A stretch of DNA of 63,976 nt, counting the filler, from a bacterium (GTDB lineage: Bacteria; JALSQH01): NCBI GenBank assembly GCA_027004335.1. It is 9 parts of 9 records of this genome, joined end to end, with 100 filler letters (N's around TTAATTAATTAA, not from the genome) between each part and the next. Parts side by side here need not be neighbours in the genome. Positions count along the whole stretch, not along the records: positions 1 to 12,721 come from JALTID010000068.1; positions 12,822 to 25,498 come from JALTID010000069.1; 7 more parts are not named here. The stretch is one strand, 5' to 3'. Shown in pieces: positions 9,753 through 19,384 of the stretch. The translations under genes were made by a program, and so were the position numbers. Every line of letters begins with the position of its first letter. Within the stretch, counting starts at the first letter, position 1. The notes under the pieces are model-generated. The model was not told where the DNA came from, ran no database searches, and was given only the letters and a program-made list of their open reading frames with translations.

Positions 9753-11673
9753 TTTTAAGCAGGTCATTATCAATTTTCTCCTTTGTAAAATACCTGAGGA
9801 GGATTTTTTTATCTCCTGCGGGGAGATTACACATAGAAGTGAGTAGTAAAGAAAGTAGCTCCTTTCTATGCCTTCCTATGGGTCTTAGAGGGTTTTTCTT
9901 CTTCCCTTCATTGGCGATTATCCGGGTTACTCCTTTTAATATTTCAGCATCTATCCTTTTTTCCTTGATAGCTCCAGAGATATATTCTGTTTCAGCCTTT
10001 ATTTTTCTTTCTTCTACATCAAAATTTTTCCATCGTTTTTCATAAACTGGTAGTATTTTTTTAAGGAGCCACTTACTGTAGTTTCTTGTGAGAATTAGTT
10101 TTTTAAAGAGCAACTCTATATTTTCTGGAATATTGCTTTCCCAGAATCTCAGGAGTGTGGGAAGTGCTCCGGAATAATTGGAGTAAAGTAAGGCATTTAA
10201 AGCTTCCTTTTTTGTATTAATATCCGAATGGTATAAATGCCTCTCTATCTCTTTTCCCATTTCAGAGGATGAGACATTGGTTGCGAGTTTCAGAAGATAG
10301 AAAGTATATTCAGGAGATTGTGGGTGGTTATTAATTTCTTTTAACAAAATCTGAGGATCTTCCTTTATTATTCTGGAGAGGGGATTAAGAATATTAATTT
10401 TAAGTTTCTGACTGAAATTTTCTTTTAGAATCCATAGGGCAATTTCTACACATTTCTCCCCACATATCTCAATTATTTTGCAAAGATCAGAAATTCTTTC
10501 AGGTGGTAGATCTCTTACCGAAGTTAAAAATATTTTAAGAAGAGTTTCGATATCTAAGATTTCACCAAACCTTGAGATAAGCTTGTATAAGCTTTTAGTT
10601 TCGCCCCTTGTTGCAATCAGTTCCCCAACAGATTGAATTTCTTCTTTTGTAGAGGGCGCATTGATGTTTTTTAGCCAGATAGAGATGAGAGTCTCTGGTT
10701 CCGATAAAAATTTTACAGCTTTTTCCTCCATCCTTATTTTTCTCAGGATATCCGACGGAATTGTGTTCTCATTTAATAATCCACTCTTTAGTAATGAAGA
10801 AAATAATTTGATATTTTTCTCTTCGTTACCCTTTTCCACTATTCTTCGGAGGAAAATTGGCAGGAGCTCAATTATTACAGAATTGTTTTGCGATTCAGGA
10901 TTCTTGGTAAGTAGTGTGAAGAAAGAATAGATTATTTCAACTCTCACTGAGTCTATGGTGAAATTAAAGTATTCTTCTTTAGCCGAATAAATTTCCTTAA
11001 TAAGATCAAGGTTTACCAGAAATATATAAATCTCTTCTGCGGAAGAAAGGGCTTTGATATTTTCCCGGAAAATCAGAAGCTTTGCCTGCTTAAGTTTTTC
11101 TTTGTTATCGTGAAATATGGGCAGATGCTTCAGATCCTTGTTAAGTCTGGATATAATTACCTTTATCTTCCACGGCAGATTTCTTTCAACAGTGATGATA
11201 TCTTCATCAAAAAGGGTGGAAATGTGTTGAATCCTGTACTGAACAAAGAACTTTTGGACCTGGCGCGAAATAGATTCTTTTAATGAGATTTCCCCCCTGT
11301 AAAATTTGTTAAGTATCAGAAGCAATCCCTTTAATTCATCAGGTACAAGTTCAGGATCCAGATGAAGAGAGATCAATCTTGCTCTGGAGAAATAATCAAA
11401 GAGTTTTTGGCCATATATCTCCATTTCAACCTTGCTGAGAACCTTGGGAAGGGAGGAAAAATTTTCCCCAAAACCTATGAAAAATTCTTTACCATTAAAA
11501 GAAAAAATTACGGGAGTGTCAGGATTATTCTTCTTCCAACCTCTTAGTCTTATTACCAGAGTTTCATAACTTTCCTTACCCTTTGGATGATCTGGACCAT
11601 AAAATCTTGTGTTTAAGATAGCCTGTATTAATGCAAAAAGGACCTCTTTAAATTCTAAAAAAGTATCGCCCAT
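9715..11673 (-). CDS. Large alpha-helical/HEAT-repeat-like hypothetical protein
   Basis: 652-aa ORF rich in L/I/K/E, with N-terminal 'FYGPDHP' and HEAT-like 'HLYHSDINTKKEALNAL'. Confidence 0.6.
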   Translation of the reverse strand: MGDTFLEFKEVLFALIQAILNTRFYGPDHPKGKESYETLVIRLRGWKKNNPDTPVIFSFNGKEFFIGFGENFSSLPKVLSKVEMEIYGQKLFDYFSRARLISLHLDPELVPDELKGLLLILNKFYRGEISLKESISRQVQKFFVQYRIQHISTLFDEDIITVERNLPWKIKVIISRLNKDLKHLPIFHDNKEKLKQAKLLIFRENIKALSSAEEIYIFLVNLDLIKEIYSAKEEYFNFTIDSVRVEIIYSFFTLLTKNPESQNNSVIIELLPIFLRRIVEKGNEEKNIKLFSSLLKSGLLNENTIPSDILRKIRMEEKAVKFLSEPETLISIWLKNINAPSTKEEIQSVGELIATRGETKSLYKLISRFGEILDIETLLKIFLTSVRDLPPERISDLCKIIEICGEKCVEIALWILKENFSQKLKINILNPLSRIIKEDPQILLKEINNHPQSPEYTFYLLKLATNVSSSEMGKEIERHLYHSDINTKKEALNALLYSNYSGALPTLLRFWESNIPENIELLFKKLILTRNYSKWLLKKILPVYEKRWKNFDVEERKIKAETEYISGAIKEKRIDAEILKGVTRIIANEGKKKNPLRPIGRHRKELLSLLLTSMCNLPAGDKKILLRYFTKEKIDNDLLKIIKNCVGEEKKS

Positions 11674-11680
11674 CTTCTCA

Positions 11681-11709
11681 ATTTTATACTTACTTTTTTT
11701 TCAAGTCAA
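11681..11709 (-). promoter_or_regulatory. Sigma70-type promoter TTGACT-17-TAAAAT, 7 nt before ATG 11673 (leaderless type)
   Basis: Read directly on the minus strand. Confidence 0.55.
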
Positions 11710-11760
11710 AACTTGATTGTTTTAATAAGTAAAAATATAATTAAAAAAAGTTGAAAGGGG

Positions 11761-12321
11761 GTGGTTGAAACATTTCTGATTGATACCCCTGTTATGATAA
11801 CTTTTGGCTTGCTGTTTGCTCCATATGTGAAGGGGAGGGAGTGGGAAAAACCGTGCCTTTCCATGGCCTTTATCTTAGGTCTAATTTTTGCAACGGTATT
11901 TGTGATTTCTGTTATTATATCTTATAAAATTGCTCCTGACTGGATGTGGATGTATTTCCCGAATGATCCTTCAATATCCATTCTTGGTGGGATATTTATT
12001 CTTTCACTACTCTACTATTTTCCTTACATAGGTGGTTTTCTCTGGGGGATGTTTCTTTACGCCAATAGTATTCTGATGTACTGGCTGGTAATTATCTATT
12101 TTCTTGCCATGGAAGGTATTGTTATTGGACTCTTATTTAAGCGCTATTTTTTTGTTGGGACCAGAACTGATTTTTTAAGCGGAAAGGCTGTTCCTTTACC
12201 CAACAGTAGTGTTGCTCCTGTATTGAATTGGTTCAGTGTTGGTCTGCTGATTCTCTTTATAATCTTTTGGTGGATACTTAGGAAGTACAAGAGAAGTGAG
12301 ACTTCTGGAGCTGAAAGTTGA
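11761..12321 (+). CDS. Hypothetical membrane protein
   Basis: About 5 TM segments, 'PDWMWMYF' motif, GTG start with GGGG/AAGG upstream. Confidence 0.65.
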   Translation: MVETFLIDTPVMITFGLLFAPYVKGREWEKPCLSMAFILGLIFATVFVISVIISYKIAPDWMWMYFPNDPSISILGGIFILSLLYYFPYIGGFLWGMFLYANSILMYWLVIIYFLAMEGIVIGLLFKRYFFVGTRTDFLSGKAVPLPNSSVAPVLNWFSVGLLILFIIFWWILRKYKRSETSGAES

Positions 12322-12721
12322 ATATTCCGGCCTTCATTCGGGGTAACGAAGAAGAAACTTTTGTTTATTTTGGAGAGTGTAATTTAAGATGTAGTGTCTG
12401 CCCATTCAAAGGGCATCTCGTAACCCAGAAAAAGCTTTATCAGCTTTTGTTGCCGCTGAAAAAAGTTACCTTTACAGGCGGTGAGCCTTTTATGTGGGAA
12501 GGTTTTCCTTTGTTTTTGCGAAAAATAAGAGATAAAGTGAATATTGTTTCTATTAAAACCAATGGTACCTATCCGGGGGAGCTGAGAAAAATTTTAAATG
12601 AATGGCTTGTAGATAGGGTTGAACTTAGATTGAATGGCCCAGTAACAAGATGCAGAGAATATTGTGGTATGGAAATTAATGCAGATTTTTTTATTGCCTC
12701 CCTAACCTCTCTTCAGAACCC
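12318..12721 (+). CDS. Radical SAM protein, NrdG/activase-like (truncated by contig end)
   Basis: CNLRCSVC, TFTGGEP, KTNG. Confidence 0.75.
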
Positions 12722-12821
12722 NNNNNNNNNNNNNNNNNNNNNNNNNNNNNNNNNNNNNNNNNNNNTTAATTAATTAANNNNNNNNNNNNNNNNNNNNNNN
12801 NNNNNNNNNNNNNNNNNNNNN
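12722..12821. other. Artificial contig spacer N44-TTAATTAATTAA-N44
   Basis: The same 100-bp pattern occurs eight times, and the 12-mer has stops in all six frames. Confidence 0.98.
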
Positions 12822-12942
12822 CCTGTTTTGCATGAGCAGTGTATGCAAAAGTGTAAGCTTTATCAACAAGAAGAAGATCTTCTGGAGCAACATTTTCTGA
12901 AAGTTTTTCTTTTATGTCATCAATTCTTATAGGTAACGGCAT
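12822..12942 (-). CDS. RelA/SpoT family protein, N-terminal fragment (truncated)
   Basis: MPLPIRIDDIKEKLSENVAPEDLLLVDKAYTFAYTAHAKQ matches the 'KAY.FA..AH..Q.R.SG' start of the RSH HD domain. Confidence 0.65.
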
Positions 12943-13014
12943 ATATGACCCTACTTAAAAGTTTATTTTATCATAAAAACTTTAAAAAGAGAAGGAAGTG
13001 CAGAATATTTTCAC

Positions 13015-13617
13015 CTACCTTAATTTTTCCCTGACTGATTCTGGCAAGAAATTTAGAATGGCTCCCCAGATTTCCTCATTTCCGATCTTCTCTTTTGCAG
13101 AAGAAACAATAAGTTCCTCATCAGGGATTTTCAACTCTCTTGCAATGATATTTCTCATCCTCACCTGCTGGTTTTTACTCAATTTATCAGCCTTGCTAAG
13201 CACCACCCTAAAATTTATTGGTATGGAAAGCAGAAGATCAATCAACATTCTATCGTTTTTACCCGGTGGATGTCTAATATCTATAAGACACACTGCCCCC
13301 TGAATACTGGGATGATATAAAAATTTTCTAAGTGCATCCTCCCACTTTTTTCTCATCTCCTTTGATACCTTTGCGTATCCATATCCTGGGAGATCCACAA
13401 AGGCAATAAGATCATTGATGGCAAAAAAGTTTATTATTCTCGTCTTCCCTGGAGATTTCCCCACATGTGCCACTTTTCTCTGCAGAAGCATATTTAGAAG
13501 AGAAGACTTCCCCACATTGGATCTCCCGGTAAAAAGAATATATGGTAGGTCAGGGAGATTTTCCTTGTAGGGTGTCAAAGTCCCACCCCAGTATTCAACT
13601 TTTTTTATTTTAGCCAT
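13015..13617 (-). CDS. engB: Ribosome biogenesis GTPase EngB/YihA
   Basis: GRSNVGKSS, PGKT, DLPGYGYA, SKADK. The likely start is MAKIKK at 13617. Confidence 0.93.
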   Translation of the reverse strand: MAKIKKVEYWGGTLTPYKENLPDLPYILFTGRSNVGKSSLLNMLLQRKVAHVGKSPGKTRIINFFAINDLIAFVDLPGYGYAKVSKEMRKKWEDALRKFLYHPSIQGAVCLIDIRHPPGKNDRMLIDLLLSIPINFRVVLSKADKLSKNQQVRMRNIIARELKIPDEELIVSSAKEKIGNEEIWGAILNFLPESVREKLR

Positions 13618-14761
13618 TGAAACCAAACCTTTCTCTGAGAAACTCAACTAATTTCTCAACACCTTCCACAAGGGAATTCTCATCCACAGTATACGCCAGC
13701 CTTATCATCCCTTCAGCAGCTTCACCAAAATCTATTCCGGGAGTAACCCCTACTTTCTTTTTCAATAAAAGTTCCTTTGCAAACTCAAGGGAATTATTCA
13801 TCCATTTCCTTAAATCCACCATAACATAAAAGGCACCTTCTGGCTCTACCGGAGGAGCAAGGCCATATTTACCTAAAACATCTAATAACACCTTTCTTCT
13901 ACTCTCAAATTTTTTTCGAAGTTCCTCTCTTTCTTTTTGAGCAGATTTTAAAGCCGTAATTCCACCCCATTGCACAAATGAATTGGCTGAAATGAAAAAA
14001 TTCTGGTGAATATTTTGAATTACCCTTCTATACTTTTCTGGGAAGATCATGTATCCAAGTCTGAATCCTGTCATTGCGTAAGCTTTTGAAAATCCATTTA
14101 TCACAAAAGCGTTATCTGTAAACTCAAGAATGGAATGGGCTTTTCTCCCATAGGTAAGACCATGATATATTTCATCGGATAGAATTGTCACCCCAAATGA
14201 TGATAGCTCAGAAAGTACCTTCTCTGGATAAAGAGAGCCTGTAGGATTATTTGGAGAATTTACTATAAGCAACCTGGATTTGGGAGAAATCAACTTTTTT
14301 ACTCTTTGCACTTCTGGCACAAACCCATTTTCTATGATGAGAGGAACCCCAACAGGTTTTGCTTCCACAATTTTTATAAAATTTTTATAACAGGGATAGG
14401 CAGGTTCTGTCACCAGAACTTCATCCCCTTTCCCCACCAGGGTGAGAAACGCTATCAGCATAGCAGGAGAGGTACCTGAAGTAATTAAAACATTCTCAGG
14501 ATCTACATCTATCCCATACTGATTTTTGTAGTGCTCAGCTACAGATTCTCTCAATTCAGGTATTCCCATACTGTTTGTGTAAAAAGTCTCACCACGATCA
14601 ATGGCCTTTTTCACAGCTTCTTTTATAATCGGGGAAGTCTGGAAATCAGGCTCTCCTACTTCCATATGAATGATCTCCTCTCCCCTCTTCTCAAGCTCTT
14701 TTGCAAGCTCCAAAATCTCCATCACATAAAAAGGAGTTAAGCCTTCTGTTCTTTTCGCCAT
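13610..14761 (-). CDS. PLP-dependent aminotransferase class I/II (aspartate aminotransferase-like)
   Basis: GEPDF, NSPNNPTG, SDEIY, GFSKAYAMTGFRLG. ATG at 14761 has a GGAGG RBS. Confidence 0.92.
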   Translation of the reverse strand: MAKRTEGLTPFYVMEILELAKELEKRGEEIIHMEVGEPDFQTSPIIKEAVKKAIDRGETFYTNSMGIPELRESVAEHYKNQYGIDVDPENVLITSGTSPAMLIAFLTLVGKGDEVLVTEPAYPCYKNFIKIVEAKPVGVPLIIENGFVPEVQRVKKLISPKSRLLIVNSPNNPTGSLYPEKVLSELSSFGVTILSDEIYHGLTYGRKAHSILEFTDNAFVINGFSKAYAMTGFRLGYMIFPEKYRRVIQNIHQNFFISANSFVQWGGITALKSAQKEREELRKKFESRRKVLLDVLGKYGLAPPVEPEGAFYVMVDLRKWMNNSLEFAKELLLKKKVGVTPGIDFGEAAEGMIRLAYTVDENSLVEGVEKLVEFLRERFGFNG

Positions 14762-14843
14762 TAATGCCTCCGCTACCGCAATTGATTTTAACACAATAAT
14801 ATATTATACTAAAATTATTGAAGTAGATTAAAGAGGAGGTAGT

Positions 14844-16067
14844 ATGAAAAAATTGAAAATAATCTCAATTTTAACCCTCCTTGCAGGAATGATCCTTATA
14901 ATTTCCTGTCAGGGGCAGCAGAACCCGGTTATTTTCAGGGGTTCTGTGACCGACTTCCTTCACCCTGATGCTCCAATCGTATTGGGACTGTGGCCAGCAT
15001 CTGCCACTCCAGCGACAGGCAAGTTTCCCCTCTTATACAAGCAACTTGATGGCGCAGGTGAATTCAATTGGGCGATCTGGGAAAATCTGGATGGTAAATT
15101 TGCCATGGCTGCATTTGAAGATTTCAACAACAACCTTCTCCCTGATAAAGATGAAAGATTGAGTTATGCTGACATTACTCCATTGGAGATATCTTCCTCC
15201 AACCATAAATTTGAAAACCTTGTAATATCCATAAGCACAAGGGCTCCAAGATGGTCAGATGTATCAATAAACCTGTTAGATAAATTTTTCAAGGAGTTAA
15301 ACGAAAAAGACCCTCAAATTGTTAATCTTTTTCATCCAATAAGATACTATGACATTTTTTATTATGACTATGATGACATCATTAAAAATATAAAAAACTA
15401 CTTTTTCCCTCCTACCTCTGAAACATATTTATCTCACTCCTATAAACTTATAGGAACCAATGCATCTGGAAATGTTGGTGAAGCAACTATAGAATGGATA
15501 ACTCAGCTACCCAAAACCTATATACCTGACAAGGCCAATACAAATACCACAATTGTGATGTACATGGAAGAAAACAGGCCATATATCACCGCAATTATCC
15601 CTAACTGGGAAAATAGAGGAATAAAATTCAATGCAGGTGCAACAGGTGTTGATTCAAATACCCTCCTTGCTGTGGACTGGGTGGATGAATCAAATATCCT
15701 TCCCAATCCAACATTTGATATTGAACTGAGTGTATATTCAACCCCGTCATCCTGTGTAACAGATCTCTATAGCAAACCTATTACACCTCATACATGGTCA
15801 AAACCCTTTACTTTTTACAATAACGATGGGACACTCTTATATAAAACCGAAGGGATATCTCCTCCCTTCTATTTCTATGATAAAACTGCAGGAAACAAGC
15901 CGTTAAAATTCAAAACAGCAGATGGGAGCCTGCAAAATTTTCATTTTAACCCGTACTGTCTCTACAGAGTAAAGGTATGGATCCACAGTGATGATGCAAA
16001 ATCCGATGCGATGTACAGAGATAAAGGACCATTCGGGATCCTGTATCTCACGGGGACAAAAAGGTAG
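14844..16067 (+). CDS. Hypothetical lipoprotein
   Basis: Strong RBS (GAGGAGG), lipobox IISC, DFNNN Ca-binding-like loop. Confidence 0.7.
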   Translation: MKKLKIISILTLLAGMILIISCQGQQNPVIFRGSVTDFLHPDAPIVLGLWPASATPATGKFPLLYKQLDGAGEFNWAIWENLDGKFAMAAFEDFNNNLLPDKDERLSYADITPLEISSSNHKFENLVISISTRAPRWSDVSINLLDKFFKELNEKDPQIVNLFHPIRYYDIFYYDYDDIIKNIKNYFFPPTSETYLSHSYKLIGTNASGNVGEATIEWITQLPKTYIPDKANTNTTIVMYMEENRPYITAIIPNWENRGIKFNAGATGVDSNTLLAVDWVDESNILPNPTFDIELSVYSTPSSCVTDLYSKPITPHTWSKPFTFYNNDGTLLYKTEGISPPFYFYDKTAGNKPLKFKTADGSLQNFHFNPYCLYRVKVWIHSDDAKSDAMYRDKGPFGILYLTGTKR

Positions 16068-16111
16068 GAGAGTTGCGTGAACACACTTAAAATGATATAT
16101 TGAATCCGGGT

Positions 16112-16186
16112 GGGCGATTAACTCAGCGGGAGAGTGCCACCTTCACACGGTGGAAGTCGCAGGTTCGAGTCCTGCATCACACACCA
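16112..16186 (+). tRNA. tRNA-Val(CAC) with encoded CCA; acceptor stem has two mismatches
   Basis: D arm ACTC/GAGT, anticodon arm CCACC-TTCACAC-GGTGG, T arm GCAGG-TTCGAGT-CCTGC, 3' ACCA. Confidence 0.9.
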
Positions 16187-16189
16187 TTT

Positions 16190-16528
16190 TTATCCCCATC
16201 TAATTTTGGAAACAAAACTGATAACTCTTGTTGGACATTTAACTCCACAGATCTGACAATCAGGATCACATGCCATAGGATTGGCAACAACAGGAAATCC
16301 ATTTTTTATCTCAAATACCTGATTGGGACACAACTTAACACACACCATGCATTTAATACAGTTATCGTAATTTATTACCGGGTAGAAGACCCTCACAGGT
16401 TCTGAATTTTCTTTTCCCTCAGCTGGAGAGGTTTCCCTCTGGTAGGTTTCCTTAATCTCCTTTTTCATCTCCCTGTAATTTTCCTTCGCCCTGCCCACCA
16501 GATTTTTCACTTTTCTCAACATCTTCAT
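16190..16528 (-). CDS. 4Fe-4S ferredoxin-like protein with N-terminal coiled extension
   Basis: CIKCMVCVKLCP and C-DPDCQICGVKCP motifs. GGAGG precedes ATG 16528. Confidence 0.8.
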   Translation of the reverse strand: MKMLRKVKNLVGRAKENYREMKKEIKETYQRETSPAEGKENSEPVRVFYPVINYDNCIKCMVCVKLCPNQVFEIKNGFPVVANPMACDPDCQICGVKCPTRVISFVSKIRWG

Positions 16529-16853
16529 TGCCTCCGTCCTTAACATATTTTTTTCTTCGCTCCATCTCGATCTCTTCTATAAGCTGGTTAATCTGCTCAG
16601 CATACACATAATCAGTTACTTCCATATCAATCTCTCTTATAGTCTCATCCTGGGCCACAGCATAGTAAACTTCCAGTGCCAGCTTATGCCCTATGGGACA
16701 GGTGGGAACTGTTGGTTTAAATTTAAAACTAACACTCATGTTTTCATCATCAACATCAAGATCATAGACCAGCCCCAGCGTGAGAATATCCATATTAACC
16801 TCAGGATCTATGACCCTGGACCATCTATATATTAACTCATGCCCCAGACTCAT
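16452..16853 (-). CDS. DUF59/MIP18 (SufT-like) Fe-S maturation protein
   Basis: V.DPEV..DI..LGLVY and PT.P.CP motifs. Confidence 0.85.
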   Translation of the reverse strand: MSLGHELIYRWSRVIDPEVNMDILTLGLVYDLDVDDENMSVSFKFKPTVPTCPIGHKLALEVYYAVAQDETIREIDMEVTDYVYAEQINQLIEEIEMERRKKYVKDGGNEDVEKSEKSGGQGEGKLQGDEKGD

Positions 16854-17724
16854 CAACAACCTCTCTGAGGAGAGAAAAAGCCTTCTCCCAGATCTCTTTT
16901 ATTATCTCTGACAATTCACAATCACAATATTCGGGAACAGATTTTCTGTCTACCACCGATTCAACTGCTCTTTCATCAAAGGGAATTTTCCCCAGTAATA
17001 GAATTTCATTTTCTCTGGCAAAATTCTCTATTTTCTCTGTCATCTCAGGATTAATATCATATTTGTTTATTACGACAGTTGGTTTAATCTTAAACTGTCT
17101 TATCACCTCTACAACCCTCTCCAGATCATGAATCCCTGATAGTGTTGGTTCAGTTACGACAACCGCTAAATTCGTACCGGTAATGGCGGAAGTTACAGGG
17201 CATCCGGTACCAGGTGGTCCATCTATTATCACAAGATCCTTATTCTTTGTACCACATGTTATCTTGGCAAACTGCCTTACAAGAGAAACAAGTTGCCCGG
17301 AATTCTCTTCACCTGGAAAGAGACGAGCATGTATAAGAGGACCATACCTGCTTTCAGATAGATACAGTTCCCCCGCCTGAGTTGGAACCATCTCAATAGC
17401 ATCAACTGGACACACTATCTTACAAACTCCACATCCTTCACATTTTATCGGATTGATCTGATTTATATCTGTAATGGCATCAAATCTACATTCATCTACA
17501 CAGATACCACATAGAGTGCATTCTTCCTCAATAACCTTTGCCTTTTTCCTGCCCGTATAGGGCTTCACCTGCTTTATCTCTGGCTGAAGGATCAAATGCA
17601 TATCAGAAGCATCAACATCACAATCAGCAATAACTTTGTTTTCAGATAGATAGGCAAAAGATGAAGCAAGGGTGGTTTTACCAGTTCCACCTTTTCCACT
17701 TACAACAACCAGTTCCTTAAGCAT
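16837..17724 (-). CDS. MinD-superfamily P-loop ATPase with inserted 2x4Fe-4S domain (COG1149)
   Basis: SGKGGTGKT, DCDVD, two CxxCxxCxxxC motifs, DGPPGTGCP, TEPT.SG.HD. Confidence 0.88.
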   Translation of the reverse strand: MLKELVVVSGKGGTGKTTLASSFAYLSENKVIADCDVDASDMHLILQPEIKQVKPYTGRKKAKVIEEECTLCGICVDECRFDAITDINQINPIKCEGCGVCKIVCPVDAIEMVPTQAGELYLSESRYGPLIHARLFPGEENSGQLVSLVRQFAKITCGTKNKDLVIIDGPPGTGCPVTSAITGTNLAVVVTEPTLSGIHDLERVVEVIRQFKIKPTVVINKYDINPEMTEKIENFARENEILLLGKIPFDERAVESVVDRKSVPEYCDCELSEIIKEIWEKAFSLLREVVDESGA

Positions 17725-17727
17725 CTT

Positions 17728-18588
17728 TTACTCCATCCCTTTATTAACAAATTCTTCTATTGATTCAAATAATTGAACAAATTTCTCCCTATATTGAGGC
17801 AAAGCCTCAACCACGGGAACACCTTTTGAGTAGGCCTCAGCGATCTTCCTATCAAAGGGGATCTCCAGAAGAATTGGTATATTTTCATCCTCAGAGTATT
17901 TCCACAATTCTCTATCACCCAGGTCTGATCTATTTACTACAATCCCCATGGGTAAATTCATCCTTCTCAAAGTATCAACAGCAATCTTTAAATCATGCAG
18001 CCCAAAAGGAGTGGGCTCTGTAGCAAGTATTACAAAGTCTGAATCAATAACTGCTTCTACCATGGAATCTGAATTCCCGGGGGGAGAGTCAATTATTGTA
18101 ATTCCTTCACCGGGGATTCTCTTCTTAAGCTGTGCAATTACGGGAGTAGGCATTGGTTCACCCAGATTTAACTTCGCATGAACAAGATGAATATCACTTT
18201 TTGCAGGCCCCTCCTCTAATTTAGCAGTTTCTCTTAAAACCATGGTGATCGCATCCTTGTGAGGCTTACATACTATCTGACAAGCATAACAACCATGGCA
18301 TAATTCATCAAAGATCATCAATTTTTTCCTCGCCACCAAAATAGCACTGTATTCACACGCATCAGCACACATCCCGCAGTAATCGCAACGGGTGAAATCT
18401 ACCCTGGGTACCATGATCCCGAGGGGTTCAGTATTATTAAATTCAGGTTTTAAAAAAATATGGGCATTGGGTTCTTCCACATCACAATCAAAATAGTAAA
18501 TGGGCTTTTTTTCTATGGAAAGGGCAAGATTCACAGCAACAGTGGTTTTCCCGGTACCCCCTTTTCCGCTGGCAACAGCTATTCTCAC
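17728..18588 (-). CDS. MinD-superfamily P-loop ATPase with inserted 2x4Fe-4S domain (COG1149)
   Basis: SGKGGTGKT, DCDVEEPN, two ferredoxin motifs, TEPTPFGLHD. Confidence 0.88.
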   Translation of the reverse strand: MRIAVASGKGGTGKTTVAVNLALSIEKKPIYYFDCDVEEPNAHIFLKPEFNNTEPLGIMVPRVDFTRCDYCGMCADACEYSAILVARKKLMIFDELCHGCYACQIVCKPHKDAITMVLRETAKLEEGPAKSDIHLVHAKLNLGEPMPTPVIAQLKKRIPGEGITIIDSPPGNSDSMVEAVIDSDFVILATEPTPFGLHDLKIAVDTLRRMNLPMGIVVNRSDLGDRELWKYSEDENIPILLEIPFDRKIAEAYSKGVPVVEALPQYREKFVQLFESIEEFVNKGME

Positions 18589-18605
18589 TCTGTTCCTCCA
18601 TTCAT

Positions 18606-18983
18606 TCAGTGATGATGATGCTCATGTCCTTCAGGGGGTTCAGAAGGTTCATGTATCTCTTCAAGCTCACCTCTATTGAAAGCATCCACAGCTTCTTTCA
18701 CAGTCATGCCTTTTTTAGCTCTGTAAACTTTTACTTCAAATTCCTTAAGCACATCCCACGCTTTGGGTCCTACATTGATTCCGATAATGACATCTGATCC
18801 CTCTTTGATCAAATCCTGTGAGGCACCTGTACCTGCGCCCGAGGTTTTATTTGCATTCTGATTTACAACGGCCTTAAATTCCATGGTATCTGAATCAACA
18901 ATTATAAGATATGGAGCTCGTGCATATCTTTCATCTACAAGGGAATCAATATTTGCCCCAGCAGCTGTGACTCCTATCTTCAT
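18606..18983 (-). CDS. NifB/NifX-family (COG1433) cofactor-binding protein with His-rich tail
   Basis: VDERYARAPY, GAG, GPKA motifs, C-terminal HEHHHH. Confidence 0.85.
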   Translation of the reverse strand: MKIGVTAAGANIDSLVDERYARAPYLIIVDSDTMEFKAVVNQNANKTSGAGTGASQDLIKEGSDVIIGINVGPKAWDVLKEFEVKVYRAKKGMTVKEAVDAFNRGELEEIHEPSEPPEGHEHHHH

Positions 18984-19384
18984 CTTTTCTCCTCCTTTTT
19001 GCTTTTGTAGCTTTTAAATTTTTTCTTTTCCACATCAAATTCCATAAAATACTCCATCTCTCCGTTTAGAAGTTTCTTAATAATCNNNNNNNNNNTCTCA
19101 TCAGCTTCATTAAGTGTCGTAAGATATGGGTTTATGCCATTTTTTATCAATTGGGGAACAGACTCTCTCCCCATGGACTTGCCGATAAAAATTTCTGAAT
19201 CCCCTAAAATTTTCAAAATATCATCTGCCTCCGCATGGTTATGAGCACCCAGAACAGGATTCTCCATTTTTTTAACCCCTTGAACCTCCCCGTTCAATAC
19301 CTCATAGATGACAAAAATTGGACTCATCCCAAAATGAGTCATGGAGAGTTTTTTACCATCCTCAGTTCCAATAACTATCTTCAT
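18980..19384 (-). CDS. NifB/NifX-family protein (contains a 10-N gap at 19086-19095)
   Basis: HFG.S..F.IY, N(P)...HNH, MG motifs. Confidence 0.75.
   Translation of the reverse strand: MKIVIGTEDGKKLSMTHFGMSPIFVIYEVLNGEVQGVKKMENPVLGAHNHAEADDILKILGDSEIFIGKSMGRESVPQLIKNGINPYLTTLNEADEXXXXIIKKLLNGEMEYFMEFDVEKKKFKSYKSKKEEKR

Noticed and set aside
16100-16405. 101-aa ORF in the track
   Set aside because: It overlaps the tRNA and is antisense to the ferredoxin gene, so it is spurious.
18606-19384. Nitrogen fixation inferred from NifB/NifX-like genes
   Set aside because: These stand-alone COG1433 proteins are widespread in non-diazotrophs, and no nifHDK is in the window.
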